A stretch of DNA of 32,000 bases from Nostoc sp. PCC 7120 = FACHB-418 (GTDB lineage Bacteria; Cyanobacteriota; Cyanobacteriia; Cyanobacteriales; Nostocaceae), in NCBI RefSeq assembly GCF_000009705.1, contig NC_003272.1, forward strand, positions 870,001 to 902,000, in the 5' to 3' direction. The stretch's first letter is position 1. The number at the start of each line of letters is the position of its first letter. Below the pieces are notes generated by a model, which saw only the letters and a program-made list of their open reading frames with translations, did not search any database and was not told the DNA's origin. Positions 31,827-32,000 of the stretch are shown here, one piece after another. The translations under genes were made by a program, and so were the position numbers.

Positions 31827-32000
31827 TTAATTTGGTTCTACAACCGCACCCATAAACAAGATATTTTTGCTTTGATTATCACGAATTGCATAGAAAAAGG
31901 GACGGTCAACAATCATTTTAAATGGCTGTTGTGGCTCTCTCAAAGATGTCGCTACCATGCCTACAGAAGTTGCTGCACTAGCTTCTGTACCTTCTTCATT
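31827..32000 (-). CDS. Serpin family protein, C-terminal 57 aa (partial; 5' end lies outside the window)
   Basis: My own minus-strand translation gives NEEGTEASAATSVGMVATSLREPQQPFKMIVDRPFFYAIRDNQSKNILFMGAVVEPN*. This is a reactive-centre-loop hinge (EEGTEA.AAT) followed by the DRPF(F/L)..I.D....ILFMG.V..P serpin C-terminus. Confidence 0.75.
   Translation of the reverse strand, partial: NEEGTEASAATSVGMVATSLREPQQPFKMIVDRPFFYAIRDNQSKNILFMGAVVEPN

Noticed and set aside
1-32000. Search for tRNA, rRNA, tmRNA, RNase P or riboswitch signatures
   Set aside because: Reading by eye, I saw no T-loop-like GGTTCGAATCC motifs, cloverleaf-sized conserved blocks or known riboswitch cores. This would need tRNAscan-SE or Infernal to exclude formally.

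Overview
This window comes from a filamentous, heterocyst-forming cyanobacterium of the Nostoc/Anabaena type. By eye it has roughly thirty HIP1 GCGATCGC octamers, and STRR-like heptamer microsatellites or small palindromic MITE-like elements sit in almost every spacer. The backbone is the bidirectional [NiFe] hydrogenase (hox) locus, split into two same-strand clusters: usp-hoxE-hoxF (1942-5014) and hoxU-orf-hoxY-(CBS-CP12)-hoxH (13817-18250). The HoxH endopeptidase gene hoxW lies 4.8 kb further on, on the minus strand. It heads a same-strand string of hoxW, a Pat-like acetyltransferase, a GNAT and a Tat-signal RidA. As far as I recall, this layout matches Nostoc sp. PCC 7120. The 8.8 kb between hoxF and hoxU looks like an accessory block. 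It holds three different type II toxin-antitoxin pairs (VapBC, BrnTA, MazEF-like), bracketed flush by pairs of a HIP1-capped ~36-nt repeat. It then holds a divergent pair of paralogous AAA_35/STAND-like ATPases: a 1329-aa ATPase-TM-18xWD40 protein and a 443-aa HTH-ATPase. A small Cys-containing secreted protein follows. This ATPase pair has no recognisable effector domain and is my best candidate for an uncharacterised signalling or conflict system. A second strong signal is a 30-nt promoter module (27/30 identical, ending in a TATAA -10 box) at the same distance upstream of both hox clusters. Other observations are a MITE with a clean 6-bp target-site duplication 50 nt upstream of hoxH, heptamer arrays abutting hox start and stop codons, and a CP12 domain with one intact and one broken Cys pair fused to CBS inside the hox operon. 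The flanking genes are a partial DAHP synthase, a PAM68-like protein, rpsO, HPPD, a SAM methyltransferase, a Mo-nitrogenase-C-domain protein, a receiver-only response regulator, squalene-hopene cyclase with a divergent GT2 (hopanoid), a membrane protein and a partial serpin. I saw no rRNA, tRNA or CRISPR array.
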